From an uncultured virus (IMG/VR IMGVR_UViG_3300009132_000003) (lineage: Duplodnaviria; Heunggongvirae; Uroviricota; Caudoviricetes), in IMG/VR virus record IMGVR_UViG_3300009132_000003: a stretch of 64,000 bases of DNA. The stretch is one strand, 5' to 3'. This document shows, piece after piece, positions 31,440 to 39,124 of this stretch (positions are counted from its first letter, which is position 1; each line of letters begins with the position of its first letter). Made by a program: the position numbers and the translations under genes. The notes below the pieces were generated by a model, which saw nothing but the letters and a program-made list of their open reading frames with translations, did no database searches and was not told the origin of the DNA.

Positions 31440-31468
31440 ATTATATACTATTTTTTAAAGAATGTAAA
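31440..31468 (-). promoter_or_regulatory. Early sigma70-type promoter
   Basis: TTTACA-17-TATAAT. Confidence 0.8.
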
Positions 31469-31546
31469 CTATTTTTTTTAATACTTTCACATCCTTCATA
31501 AATTTATCTTCAATAGGACAATAACTCATAGCGTTTCCTTTATCTA

Positions 31547-31903
31547 TCATCGAACTCTTTGTCCATCCCAAAGTGATCGATTGGCATGTTGGGCTTCGAT
31601 CTGTTGATATTCTCTTTCTTCGAGTAAGAGTTCCATCATGATCAAAGCTGAGGATATTTTATCGCTGTCTTCAGTAACGAGTGCGGTCTGTACTGCTTTC
31701 AACGCTTCAATTTCGCCAATTACCCAAGTTTTAACATGAAACTGGTCACCGCAAGCATCAATCTCTGCTTGTGGGTATCCTTCGTCGACTAACCATGATA
31801 ATAAATTAAAATCGTCGCCAAGTGTATGATATTCTTCATGTGCAGGCTTAGGAAATCCATATCGCCCTCCGTTTGGTGGATCAATCATTGTTATCTTAAA
31901 CAT
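31547..31903 (-). CDS. Hypothetical protein
   Basis: IDPP.G.RYGFPKP...WLVDEGYPQ motif; AGGAG SD. Confidence 0.6.
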   Translation of the reverse strand: MFKITMIDPPNGGRYGFPKPAHEEYHTLGDDFNLLSWLVDEGYPQAEIDACGDQFHVKTWVIGEIEALKAVQTALVTEDSDKISSALIMMELLLEEREYQQIEAQHANRSLWDGQRVR

Positions 31904-31905
31904 GG

Positions 31906-32586
31906 CTATTCTCCTTTTTCATATTTTTTTCTTGCATCTAAAAATGCAGGAAGATAATCATGAGTATTAACTTTAAAGACCTGAGGTTCTGCATCATCTA
32001 CTGTAATAATGATAACGCCTTGTTTAATAGGAATTTCAGTTCTTTCATAGAAAGCCGCAGCATAGAATGCCGCTTGGATAAAATAGTTTGTAATCCATTC
32101 TTTCTTCTTTGTTCGACGAGATGTCTTAAAATCTACAATAGATAGTTGACCATCAAACTCAGCAATACAGTCAACTTGCCCTGCCGTCTTTAATAGATCA
32201 CTATATAAAAATTCTTCTTGAAACCAAATGTTATTTAATCTTTCATCTATAATACCTTTAATATGATTAAAAGCAAATAGATTATGAGGCATTACATTGT
32301 TTTTCCATTCGGGAACATTATCAATATAATCTTCTGCTAATTTGTGTACAGCAGTTCCTCTAGTAGCAGCACGCCGAGATATTTTATTGGCTTCTTCTTC
32401 ACCAACCCTCTTTCTCCATGCTAAGAGGCCATCTTTATTTAAGGCGCCTAAAACCGTTGTAATAGAAGGATAGGCTTTACCTTCAGGTGTAAAGTATTTA
32501 CGACCAGCTTCAGTGGTCTTTCTTTCTATTTTAGGTAGAATTATACCGTGATCAACATGATTAAACAATGTGTTCCTCTCGGTCAT
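31906..32586 (-). CDS. PD-(D/E)XK exonuclease
   Basis: YPSITTVL, RGTAVH...E, AGQVDCIAEFDG.LSIVDFKTS, YFIQ..FY. Confidence 0.88.
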   Translation of the reverse strand: MTERNTLFNHVDHGIILPKIERKTTEAGRKYFTPEGKAYPSITTVLGALNKDGLLAWRKRVGEEEANKISRRAATRGTAVHKLAEDYIDNVPEWKNNVMPHNLFAFNHIKGIIDERLNNIWFQEEFLYSDLLKTAGQVDCIAEFDGQLSIVDFKTSRRTKKKEWITNYFIQAAFYAAAFYERTEIPIKQGVIIITVDDAEPQVFKVNTHDYLPAFLDARKKYEKGE

Positions 32587-32824
32587 TTTCCCAGATGCTT
32601 ATACAATTATAAAGACCTGAGGCTAAAATTTTATCATATTCTAGCATTTCTTCCCATTGTTCAATAACTTCATCAAGTTGTTCACGTGATAATTCTTCAG
32701 GACCTTCTACACCAAAGTGATTTTGGATTAACTCTAAGGCCCATTCGGTTACCTGGTTCTCAATCCAATCGGACATCTTATGTGCTTTATGTATTTTAAA
32801 TTTATTCATCAATACAACTTTCAA
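32561..32824 (-). CDS. Acidic hypothetical protein
   Basis: ORF in the operon; start probably MNKFKI. Confidence 0.55.
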   Translation of the reverse strand: MKVVLMNKFKIHKAHKMSDWIENQVTEWALELIQNHFGVEGPEELSREQLDEVIEQWEEMLEYDKILASGLYNCISIWENDREEHIV

Positions 32825-33092
32825 TTCTAAAGAGATTACCAGGACGATTTTTTCCTCGACTATACTCTTTTTTATAACCCAATTTTACCATTTTTTTACC
32901 AAAAGGTTTTAGTAAATTATTACGATAGATATTTGACACAGCGTGAAATACAAAATCATCAAATTCATTATTATCTGTTTCTAAGCCTAAATCAATAATT
33001 ATACTTCCGCTTGTTCCAATCCAACCCTCTGATGTATTCTTAAGTTTATCAATTACAAGAGTTTCTGTCATTTTTTTGATATCATTTACCAT
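32802..33092 (-). CDS. Hypothetical protein
   Basis: ORF in the operon. Confidence 0.5.
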   Translation of the reverse strand: MVNDIKKMTETLVIDKLKNTSEGWIGTSGSIIIDLGLETDNNEFDDFVFHAVSNIYRNNLLKPFGKKMVKLGYKKEYSRGKNRPGNLFRIESCIDE

Positions 33093-33366
33093 CTATTAAG
33101 GTACTCCACTTTTTAAGTTTTTCTTTTTTAGCAGAGCTTCTAGCATAGATATGTTTCCAATCTAATACATTATGCTCACACATTAAATCAATCATGCAAT
33201 AAACATCGCCAACTTCTTCAAGAAGTTTATTTCTTTGATCATCTTCTATTTCCGAAAACTGTTCATATTTACGGATAATTTTACTACATCTCTGAGTAAG
33301 TTCCCCACATTCTTCTGCAGTAATAACCATTAACTGTTGAAGTTTATTAATTGGATTATTTTTCAT
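33082..33366 (-). CDS. MazG-like nucleotide pyrophosphohydrolase
   Basis: EECGEL...LLEEVGDV: ExxE...ExxD motif of all-alpha NTP pyrophosphatases. Confidence 0.8.
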   Translation of the reverse strand: MKNNPINKLQQLMVITAEECGELTQRCSKIIRKYEQFSEIEDDQRNKLLEEVGDVYCMIDLMCEHNVLDWKHIYARSSAKKEKLKKWSTLIDGK

Positions 33367-33370
33367 AATA

Positions 33371-33529
33371 AAACTCCTTTACTCAACGCCCCTAGTAATT
33401 TTTTATTTCCTAGCATCTCCACGTTTTCACGACACTGATATTTCACAGGCGAATTATTCTCGCGAGATGTTGCTTTCAAGCCCGGTTCTCTCTGCACGGA
33501 CGTTGAGTAAAAGAGTCTAAAGACTCTTA
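33371..33529 (-). ncRNA. Structured cis-regulatory RNA candidate in the 5' leader of the MazG-like gene
   Basis: 21-bp closing stem (33498-33518 with 33371-33391; 3 G-U pairs fix the strand), internal four-way junction, GAAA tetraloop, SD inside the stem. Confidence 0.7.
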
Positions 33530-33641
33530 TTTTGTTAACATTCTCATACATGTGAAAATAGAATTTTCATTTAAACAATCTGTCCATATATGAATAAAAT
33601 ACCAAGCGGCTAAAACTAACACTAAAATTAGTATTAGCACT

Positions 33642-33944
33642 TTAATCCCACTCGTTATCATACCTTGTTGTTTCATACAAAGTTTCTCCATAATAAGTTT
33701 TAGCATACTTAGCTTGATCGGTATATTGATTTATATTTTCACCATCTTTTACGTTTAGTGCTGCAAGAGGATCTTTACGTTTCTTGCGTGCTTGTAACAT
33801 TGCAGACCGAGCTTTTTTGGCTTTCTCTTTAATTTCATACATTTTAATCTGACGAGCACGTTCAGCTTTCTTTTCTGCTTTACGACGCTCTGCGATTTCT
33901 TTGATAAGAGCAAGACGGTCATTCTGTGTTTTAGCAATAGTCAT
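33642..33944 (-). CDS. Basic early hypothetical protein
   Basis: Directly downstream of promoter/RBS repeat copy 1. Confidence 0.65.
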   Translation of the reverse strand: MTIAKTQNDRLALIKEIAERRKAEKKAERARQIKMYEIKEKAKKARSAMLQARKKRKDPLAALNVKDGENINQYTDQAKYAKTYYGETLYETTRYDNEWD

Positions 33945-33952
33945 TTTATATT

Positions 33953-34020
33953 CTTTCCGATTCTTTTTACATTACTAACATAGCATATTTTTAACAGCTT
34001 GTAAACCCCTAAAATGCATT
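33953..34020 (-). repeat. Early promoter-RBS cassette, copy 1 (68 bp)
   Basis: Identical to 34558-34625; TTTACA-17-TATGTT then AAGAATCGGAAAG. Confidence 0.92.
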
Positions 34021-34252
34021 AACCCCAATCTTTTCTATCATCTTCATTATCGTAGCCATAGTTATAAGCGCTGATTTCTCCCCAAGTCATTTCATCTTCT
34101 CCCACTCTTCTTGAAGTAATAGAATTGCCAACATAGTAGTGTGGAGACAAAGGGCGTCCATAATAAGCATCAGCGCTGCCACGATCCTGAGGAGAACCAT
34201 GACGTGGTGACTTTACGATTTTTCCATCCATTGATCTGTCAGTCTTTTGCAT
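34019..34252 (-). CDS. Conserved small early hypothetical protein
   Basis: RHGSP.DRGSADAYYGRP..PHYY...EI.AY..GY. Confidence 0.65.
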   Translation of the reverse strand: MQKTDRSMDGKIVKSPRHGSPQDRGSADAYYGRPLSPHYYVGNSITSRRVGEDEMTWGEISAYNYGYDNEDDRKDWG

Positions 34253-34554
34253 TATTTCACCTCATATCCTAAAACTTCTTTGACAAACTCTGATCCGCAA
34301 TCTTCTTTAAATGCAAGAACTAATTGATCACGAGCAATAGTATCAAGAAAATATACATGATGAGATAGACCTTCAGGATCAGCCCGACGAAAAAGATTAA
34401 TAGCCAATTTAAAATCTTTAAGATCATCTGCATAACATTTTTTCTTGTAGTTTGTTTCAGATTCGATTGAATAGCTGAAAGTCCGATCACAAAGTTTTTC
34501 AACGTTGAAAAGAGGGTTTTCGAACCAATATGTTACAGCTTGTTTCATATTCAT
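34252..34554 (-). CDS. Early hypothetical protein
   Basis: Start reassigned to ATG 34554 after the repeat copy 2 RBS. Confidence 0.65.
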   Translation of the reverse strand: MNMKQAVTYWFENPLFNVEKLCDRTFSYSIESETNYKKKCYADDLKDFKLAINLFRRADPEGLSHHVYFLDTIARDQLVLAFKEDCGSEFVKEVLGYEVK

Positions 34555-34557
34555 ATC

Positions 34558-34625
34558 CTTTCCGATTCTTTTTACATTACTAACATAGCATATTTTTAAC
34601 AGCTTGTAAACCCCTAAAATGCATT
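34558..34625 (-). repeat. Early promoter-RBS cassette, copy 2 (68 bp)
   Basis: Identical to 33953-34020. Confidence 0.92.
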
Positions 34626-34834
34626 TAATAATATCTGCTAACATCGTTAATAGAATAGGGATTGCTGTGTCCAAAAAACTTTACTATTATAAAATCAGCA
34701 TAGTCTGGAAATCCGCCAGATTTGCACCAAGCATTGAAGTCTTCTTCCATCATTTCTTCAAGGCTACTGAGTACCGGCACGGCGTTTATCCGCCGTACCT
34801 CTTCTGCGATAAATTCTTTATCTTTCTCATCCAT
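34625..34834 (-). CDS. Small hypothetical protein
   Basis: TAATG coupling with upstream gene; stop abuts repeat copy 2. Confidence 0.55.
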   Translation of the reverse strand: MDEKDKEFIAEEVRRINAVPVLSSLEEMMEEDFNAWCKSGGFPDYADFIIVKFFGHSNPYSINDVSRYY

Positions 34835-35202
34835 TAAACAAGTCCTTGTTCTTTGGCAGCAGCCATTACGATTGGAGTGAATTTTTCCTCAACAAGTTCT
34901 TCGACTTGATCCCAATTGCCGGGCCAGTATCCTTGACTACCATAGTATGTTGGTAGTGCAAGATCAGATTTAGTCAAACCGTTAAGTGCAAAGCGACACT
35001 GACGAGCACGATTACATAAACCATTATTGAAGATGTCATAGACAACATTTTGTGCTTTACGAAACTTTTCAAGAGCAGGGTTGTTTTTCTTATCTTCAAC
35101 TTCACCTTGAAGTGGAAAGCTGTCAAGATTTGTAAGCTTTGCCGCAAGCTCTTTTGTTACTTTAGTGCAACCCCATTCAGCATTATTTGGATTCCAGCTC
35201 AT
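34834..35202 (-). CDS. Early hypothetical protein
   Basis: LEKFRKAQNVVYDIFNNGLCN motif. Confidence 0.65.
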   Translation of the reverse strand: MSWNPNNAEWGCTKVTKELAAKLTNLDSFPLQGEVEDKKNNPALEKFRKAQNVVYDIFNNGLCNRARQCRFALNGLTKSDLALPTYYGSQGYWPGNWDQVEELVEEKFTPIVMAAAKEQGLV

Positions 35203-35204
35203 GA

Positions 35205-35360
35205 TTATACTAACTCCATTTCAATTTGACGTTCCATGAATGCTTCAGCTTCTGCTTTGCGTTCAACCCACTTATTAACGATTTCTTCAAAACCGGGGCT
35301 ATCTGTGCCAAAGACTTCGATTGACTCAAGGTCTTCTACAATTTCAAAAAGATCATTCAT
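35205..35360 (-). CDS. Small acidic early protein (51 aa, not in track)
   Basis: MNDLFEIVEDLESIE...; follows the repeat copy 3 RBS. Confidence 0.6.
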   Translation of the reverse strand: MNDLFEIVEDLESIEVFGTDSPGFEEIVNKWVERKAEAEAFMERQIEMELV

Positions 35361-35367
35361 TTTAGTT

Positions 35368-35435
35368 CCTTCCGATTCTCTTTATACTACTAATATAATA
35401 TATTTTAAATGAAATGTAAACCCCTAAAATGCATT
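35368..35435 (-). repeat. Early promoter-RBS cassette, copy 3 (diverged)
   Basis: 55/68 identical to copies 1 and 2 by manual alignment; TTTACA-17-TATATT. Confidence 0.85.
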
Positions 35436-35441
35436 TTATGT

Positions 35442-35469
35442 AAAAAAAAGAGGTCACCGAAGTGACCCC
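35442..35469 (-). terminator. Intrinsic terminator with a C(UUCG)G tetraloop
   Basis: GGGUCAC-UUCG-GUGACCU followed by a U8 tract. Confidence 0.9.
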
Positions 35470-35474
35470 TAATA

Positions 35475-35642
35475 TTATTTTCTTATATCATCATACTCAT
35501 CTTGTATAACATACTCAACCGTTTTCCCCTGTATTCGCCTATCTTTTTCAACAGATTTAATCTTATTGTCTCTATTAATTGATAGTTTTTTATTGCGATC
35601 TTTCTTTTTATTCTTAGGGTCAAACCTACTAAATTTGGCCAT
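35475..35642 (-). CDS. Small basic protein (55 aa, not in track)
   Basis: MAKFSRFDPKNKKKDRNKK...; GAGG SD inside the endolysin 3' end. Confidence 0.6.
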   Translation of the reverse strand: MAKFSRFDPKNKKKDRNKKLSINRDNKIKSVEKDRRIQGKTVEYVIQDEYDDIRK

Positions 35643-35643
35643 C

Positions 35644-36537
35644 TTAGTCCTCTAATAGTTTTCCAAATGTTGCTGGACCAGCTACACCATCGGCTGTTAA
35701 ACCGTTAGATGCTTGCCACTCTTTTAATGCTCTTTCAGTCCCTGGACCGAATACTCCATCAGCTCCGATACCAAGTGCTTCTTGCATGATCTTAACGCCT
35801 TCTCCACGAGAACCCTTACGCAATACACCAATATCATCAATGATTTCTTCAATATCATCGTCTTCGTCATCTGCTACCATTTCGGCAGACATGCCTAAAA
35901 CTTCCATGGCATTTGTATATCGTTCTTGTCTATCTTCAAGCCCGATTTTACCACCATTAATTTTCTTGGTCATTTTAACTACATTATCAGTATCGGCAAT
36001 ATCGTTTAGATTATTAGCATCCCAGAACCAACATGCTGACTCAACAGCACCCTTTTCTGTTGCTACATATTCAGCTGCTTCTTCTGCAGACATATCTACA
36101 GATTTACCAAATCGTGTATAGTTTTCACGACCAGTAAGCTGTTTTAGCCCACGACCTCTAAATAGCCAACCATCACCTTCTTCTGTATTGCCCATTTTAT
36201 ATTTACGGAACTCGTCCATATAAACATAATTAGCAATCATCTCTGGTTGACGATGATATTCATCTGCATCTCTCTTAGGTGCATCACCAAAGTAACGACC
36301 AAAAACAGCACGTAATGCTTTTGCAGAATAGTTTAAGTTTTCTTCAAGTCGTTTAAAGTTACCGCTTTCATGAGCACATTGACTCAAAAAATGGGCAACT
36401 CTTCGCTCAGTGGTGATACCATATCTTGGTAGAATATCACATAAAGCTTCATACCAATCTCCTACTTTGTTATTACCCGGAATAATTTTAGCAAGATGGT
36501 CTTCGGTGAAGTCAAAATCAAATGACATTTTCTCCAT
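35644..36537 (-). CDS. GH19 endolysin with a C-terminal peptidoglycan-binding domain
   Basis: AHFLSQCAHES, ENLNYS, FRGRGLKQLTGRENY, TKKINGG; PG_binding_1 LRKGSRG..VK.MQ.AL, ADGVAGP.T. Confidence 0.92.
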   Translation of the reverse strand: MEKMSFDFDFTEDHLAKIIPGNNKVGDWYEALCDILPRYGITTERRVAHFLSQCAHESGNFKRLEENLNYSAKALRAVFGRYFGDAPKRDADEYHRQPEMIANYVYMDEFRKYKMGNTEEGDGWLFRGRGLKQLTGRENYTRFGKSVDMSAEEAAEYVATEKGAVESACWFWDANNLNDIADTDNVVKMTKKINGGKIGLEDRQERYTNAMEVLGMSAEMVADDEDDDIEEIIDDIGVLRKGSRGEGVKIMQEALGIGADGVFGPGTERALKEWQASNGLTADGVAGPATFGKLLED

Positions 36538-36769
36538 AGCCTCCTATAGTGTTTTCTATTTCTGTTGCAAAATTTTCGTAAGTTCCAATCACTCTCTCAT
36601 ACCAAATTATTTGTGGCACAGTTTTTGCTCCTGGGAATTTTTCTACAAATTCTTCAAGATATTCAAGTTGTGACACATTTCTATATTCATAATCTAACTT
36701 ATAATCAATACATAGTTTCTTTGCTTTTTCACAATAAATGCAATTACTTTTCCCATATATGATTACCAT
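36518..36769 (-). CDS. nrdC: Glutaredoxin
   Basis: IYGK.NCIYCEKAK, TVPQI. Confidence 0.88.
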   Translation of the reverse strand: MVIIYGKSNCIYCEKAKKLCIDYKLDYEYRNVSQLEYLEEFVEKFPGAKTVPQIIWYERVIGTYENFATEIENTIGGYGENVI

Positions 36770-36774
36770 AGGGT

Positions 36775-36936
36775 TTATTCCTCTTTCCATATCGTCCAAG
36801 CTCCATATGCAATTGCTAAACCAGCAGCAATCTTTGCAAGAGGAGCTAAGAATAAGACAAGAAGACCTAGACCAATAAGAGCAATGCCATTCCAGCTTGT
36901 TCTTTCAGCCAATCTATTTTTAATCCAGTTTGTCAT
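36775..36936 (-). CDS. Small two-TM membrane protein (53 aa, holin candidate; not in track)
   Basis: MTNWIKNRLAERTSWNGIALIGLGLLVLFLAPLAKIAAGLAIAYGAWTIWKEE. Confidence 0.6.
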   Translation of the reverse strand: MTNWIKNRLAERTSWNGIALIGLGLLVLFLAPLAKIAAGLAIAYGAWTIWKEE

Positions 36937-37138
36937 TTTTTTCTTTCTCCATTAATTTTTTCCATTCTATTTCAAATTCTTCTTCATAATCATACAATGG
37001 TGCACCATTGCAACCATCTAACCATAACCTTTTAAAATATCCATTTTGAGAAGAAAGAACAGTTTCCTCAGTAGTATTTAAATGGCCTTTTACCATATAC
37101 CATAACTTCCAAGCTTCCTTATTCTCATGTTTAGGCAT
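36920..37138 (-). CDS. Hypothetical protein
   Basis: ORF in the operon. Confidence 0.55.
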   Translation of the reverse strand: MPKHENKEAWKLWYMVKGHLNTTEETVLSSQNGYFKRLWLDGCNGAPLYDYEEEFEIEWKKLMEKEKNDKLD

Positions 37139-37140
37139 AT

Positions 37141-37827
37141 TTAGCTCATATTCAACATTTCTTTAGTCATTATATAATCTCTGACAAGATCTGATCTTAC
37201 AATATCTTCCCAACCAAAGTTAACAACTCTAAAGAATCTCATCTGTTCTACAATACTTATAAACTTTATAATCCCATCTTTATCATCATTATATTTAAAA
37301 TCAGACTGTAAATAATCTCCACAAAAAATAATTTTACAATCATTTCCCACACGAGTAATTACAGAATCAAGTTCGTGAAAGTTTAAGTTTTGCATTTCAT
37401 CTACTACTATAATAGTCTGATCAAACGTAGCACCACGAATATATGAAGTTGTTTCAAATGTCAATTTATTTGCAGTAGTTAATTTACCATACGCACCTTT
37501 ATATCCAAATATCTCATCACAAATATTTCTATATGGCACTTTATATGGATCTTCTTTTTCTTCCTTTGTTCCAGGCAAATGACCAGCATCTCGAGTAGGA
37601 ACCATTGACCTCATAATCATAATTTTTCGATACAAGTGTGGCTTGTCTAACATCTCTTTAAAAGCATTATATAAAGCAATAAATGTTTTACCAGTTCCTG
37701 CACTACCAGTTAGTATTAAATTATATCCTTTATCCCAAGATTCAAATGCTTTCTTTTGATTATCAGTAATAGGTTCAATTTTTTCAAGTTCATCAAGTGA
37801 AACAGTTAACGAATTATTCTTTTTCAT
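37141..37827 (-). CDS. phoH: PhoH-like ATPase
   Basis: GSAGTGKT, GHLPG...EK, IRGATFD, VDEMQN, TRVG...KIIFCGD..QSD, DIVRS.LV. Confidence 0.93.
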   Translation of the reverse strand: MKKNNSLTVSLDELEKIEPITDNQKKAFESWDKGYNLILTGSAGTGKTFIALYNAFKEMLDKPHLYRKIMIMRSMVPTRDAGHLPGTKEEKEDPYKVPYRNICDEIFGYKGAYGKLTTANKLTFETTSYIRGATFDQTIIVVDEMQNLNFHELDSVITRVGNDCKIIFCGDYLQSDFKYNDDKDGIIKFISIVEQMRFFRVVNFGWEDIVRSDLVRDYIMTKEMLNMS

Positions 37828-38057
37828 TTTCTAATAGTATTACCCTTAGCTGATCCTTTTTTTACTCTACTTAAAACATCTTTAAATCCATCAGGCACTT
37901 TACTATGTAAATTACCAATTCCAGATACTATTTTAGGTGCTGTTATAACTTGAGTAAGATTCTTGTCATCTTCTAACTGTTTCTGTAGATCAGACCAAGT
38001 ACAAAATACTTCAAAGTGTTCTTCCGTTTCTTTATTTTTTAGAACGTAAGTTGGCAT
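37824..38057 (-). CDS. Conserved hypothetical protein (MPTY... family, upstream of phoH)
   Basis: MPTY...N.ET.E, AP.IVSG, PDGFKDVL. Confidence 0.65.
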   Translation of the reverse strand: MPTYVLKNKETEEHFEVFCTWSDLQKQLEDDKNLTQVITAPKIVSGIGNLHSKVPDGFKDVLSRVKKGSAKGNTIRK

Positions 38058-38235
38058 AATTTTTCCACCATTCCCAATTTTCTTCAACATTATATCTATA
38101 CATTAGACACCATCTTTTTGATAGATCAGACCATCTGTGTATTTGCTTATTACCCTTTACCGATTCCATTAGTCTTAAATGCATATCTTTACCCCAAGAT
38201 ATTTCTTCAATGCATTTTAAATTATGCTGCAACAT
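38032..38235 (-). CDS. Hypothetical protein
   Basis: Start reassigned to MLQHNL at 38235. Confidence 0.5.
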   Translation of the reverse strand: MLQHNLKCIEEISWGKDMHLRLMESVKGNKQIHRWSDLSKRWCLMYRYNVEENWEWWKNYANLRSKK

Positions 38236-38791
38236 TATATTTAAACCACTCCGGAATATCTCTCTTTGACCAAACCATTTTAAATCTGTCTTGCTTTGTT
38301 TGATAATATTCTTGGTATGAACGAACAGGTTCGTCTTTATGAATACACTGTGGTTCATGTTGCATAGCAAGAGCAAAGGGAGTAAGCCCTTTATGATAAT
38401 TTAAGTTTTTAGGTGGAATAGATAAGATTTCTTCAAGCTTAGTTTGAGTGCTATGTACTTTATTATAACGATATTGGTATTCAATACATAGAGCACAGAA
38501 ATGTTCATAATGCCACGCATAGTTTGCTATTGACTGCATAGTCCATACTGTGCACGGGTGAGCATGATGAACAGCTTTATACAAAGTGTTCTCCATATGA
38601 GTGTCTGGATGGACCCAGTAGTTTATCATTCTCTTACCAGATTTTGATGGACGCTTCTCTACATAACCATCTAACATTCTATGGGCAGTAGATAGCATCT
38701 GAGCAGATTCAACTATCATTTTAACAACGTGTTTATCACATTGCAGTTGAGCTGATTTGATAGGATCACTATCAAGTACAAAAATATTCAT
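38222..38791 (-). CDS. Pyrimidine-dimer DNA glycosylase / endonuclease V-like protein
   Basis: MNIFVLD.DP...A...CDKHVVKMIVE.AQMLSTAH, HPCTVW, EY..RY.K.H. Confidence 0.8.
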   Translation of the reverse strand: MNIFVLDSDPIKSAQLQCDKHVVKMIVESAQMLSTAHRMLDGYVEKRPSKSGKRMINYWVHPDTHMENTLYKAVHHAHPCTVWTMQSIANYAWHYEHFCALCIEYQYRYNKVHSTQTKLEEILSIPPKNLNYHKGLTPFALAMQHEPQCIHKDEPVRSYQEYYQTKQDRFKMVWSKRDIPEWFKYNVAA

Positions 38792-38819
38792 TGGTAACTC
38801 CAAATAAGATTATATAACT

Positions 38820-38848
38820 ATAATACTATATTTTTAGGGATTTGTAAA
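38820..38848 (-). promoter_or_regulatory. Early sigma70-type promoter
   Basis: TTTACA-17-TATTAT. Confidence 0.65.
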
Positions 38849-38873
38849 CAGTTAAGTTTACAATTTTTTAATA

Positions 38874-39038
38874 TTATGCAGCCACCTCCATGACTAACGA
38901 TATGTGATTGTCTAAAAACTTTTTCTTTGCTTCAATTTTCTTTACAAGTTCTGTTTCACCTTCTTCAAGTAATATTCCTGCAAAGTTATCTAGTTCTTCT
39001 GAATCTTTGCGTAATCTCTGTAATTGGTGTTCGGACAT
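38874..39038 (-). CDS. Small hypothetical protein
   Basis: AAGGAG SD before MSEHQL at 39038. Confidence 0.55.
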   Translation of the reverse strand: MSEHQLQRLRKDSEELDNFAGILLEEGETELVKKIEAKKKFLDNHISLVMEVAA

Positions 39039-39053
39039 TATTATCTCCTTTAG

Positions 39054-39093
39054 AAAAGTAAAAGCTGACCACCCCTTTTGAGGGTAATCAGCT
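39054..39093 (-). terminator. Intrinsic terminator
   Basis: AGCUGAUUACCCU-CAAAA-GGGGUGGUCAGCU then UUUACUUUU. Confidence 0.75.
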
Positions 39094-39124
39094 ACAAAGT
39101 TTTTAGTTTTATTATTATGCATTA

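Noticed and set aside
31906..32586. Cas4 as part of a CRISPR system
   Set aside because: Typical T4-like PD-(D/E)XK exonuclease with no Fe-S cysteine cluster and no array
33371..33518. Retron msr/msd or tRNA interpretation of the structured RNA
   Set aside because: No long msd hairpin and no reverse transcriptase in the window; the inner cloverleaf lacks a TTC loop, a 7-nt anticodon loop and CCA
33363..33551. 62-aa ORF in the track
   Set aside because: No SD, and it coincides with the structured RNA, which explains the sequence better
33953..35435. CRISPR-like or att-site reading of the 68-bp repeats
   Set aside because: Spacers are 537-742 bp coding segments, the repeats are promoter/RBS units, and no cas operon or integrase is present
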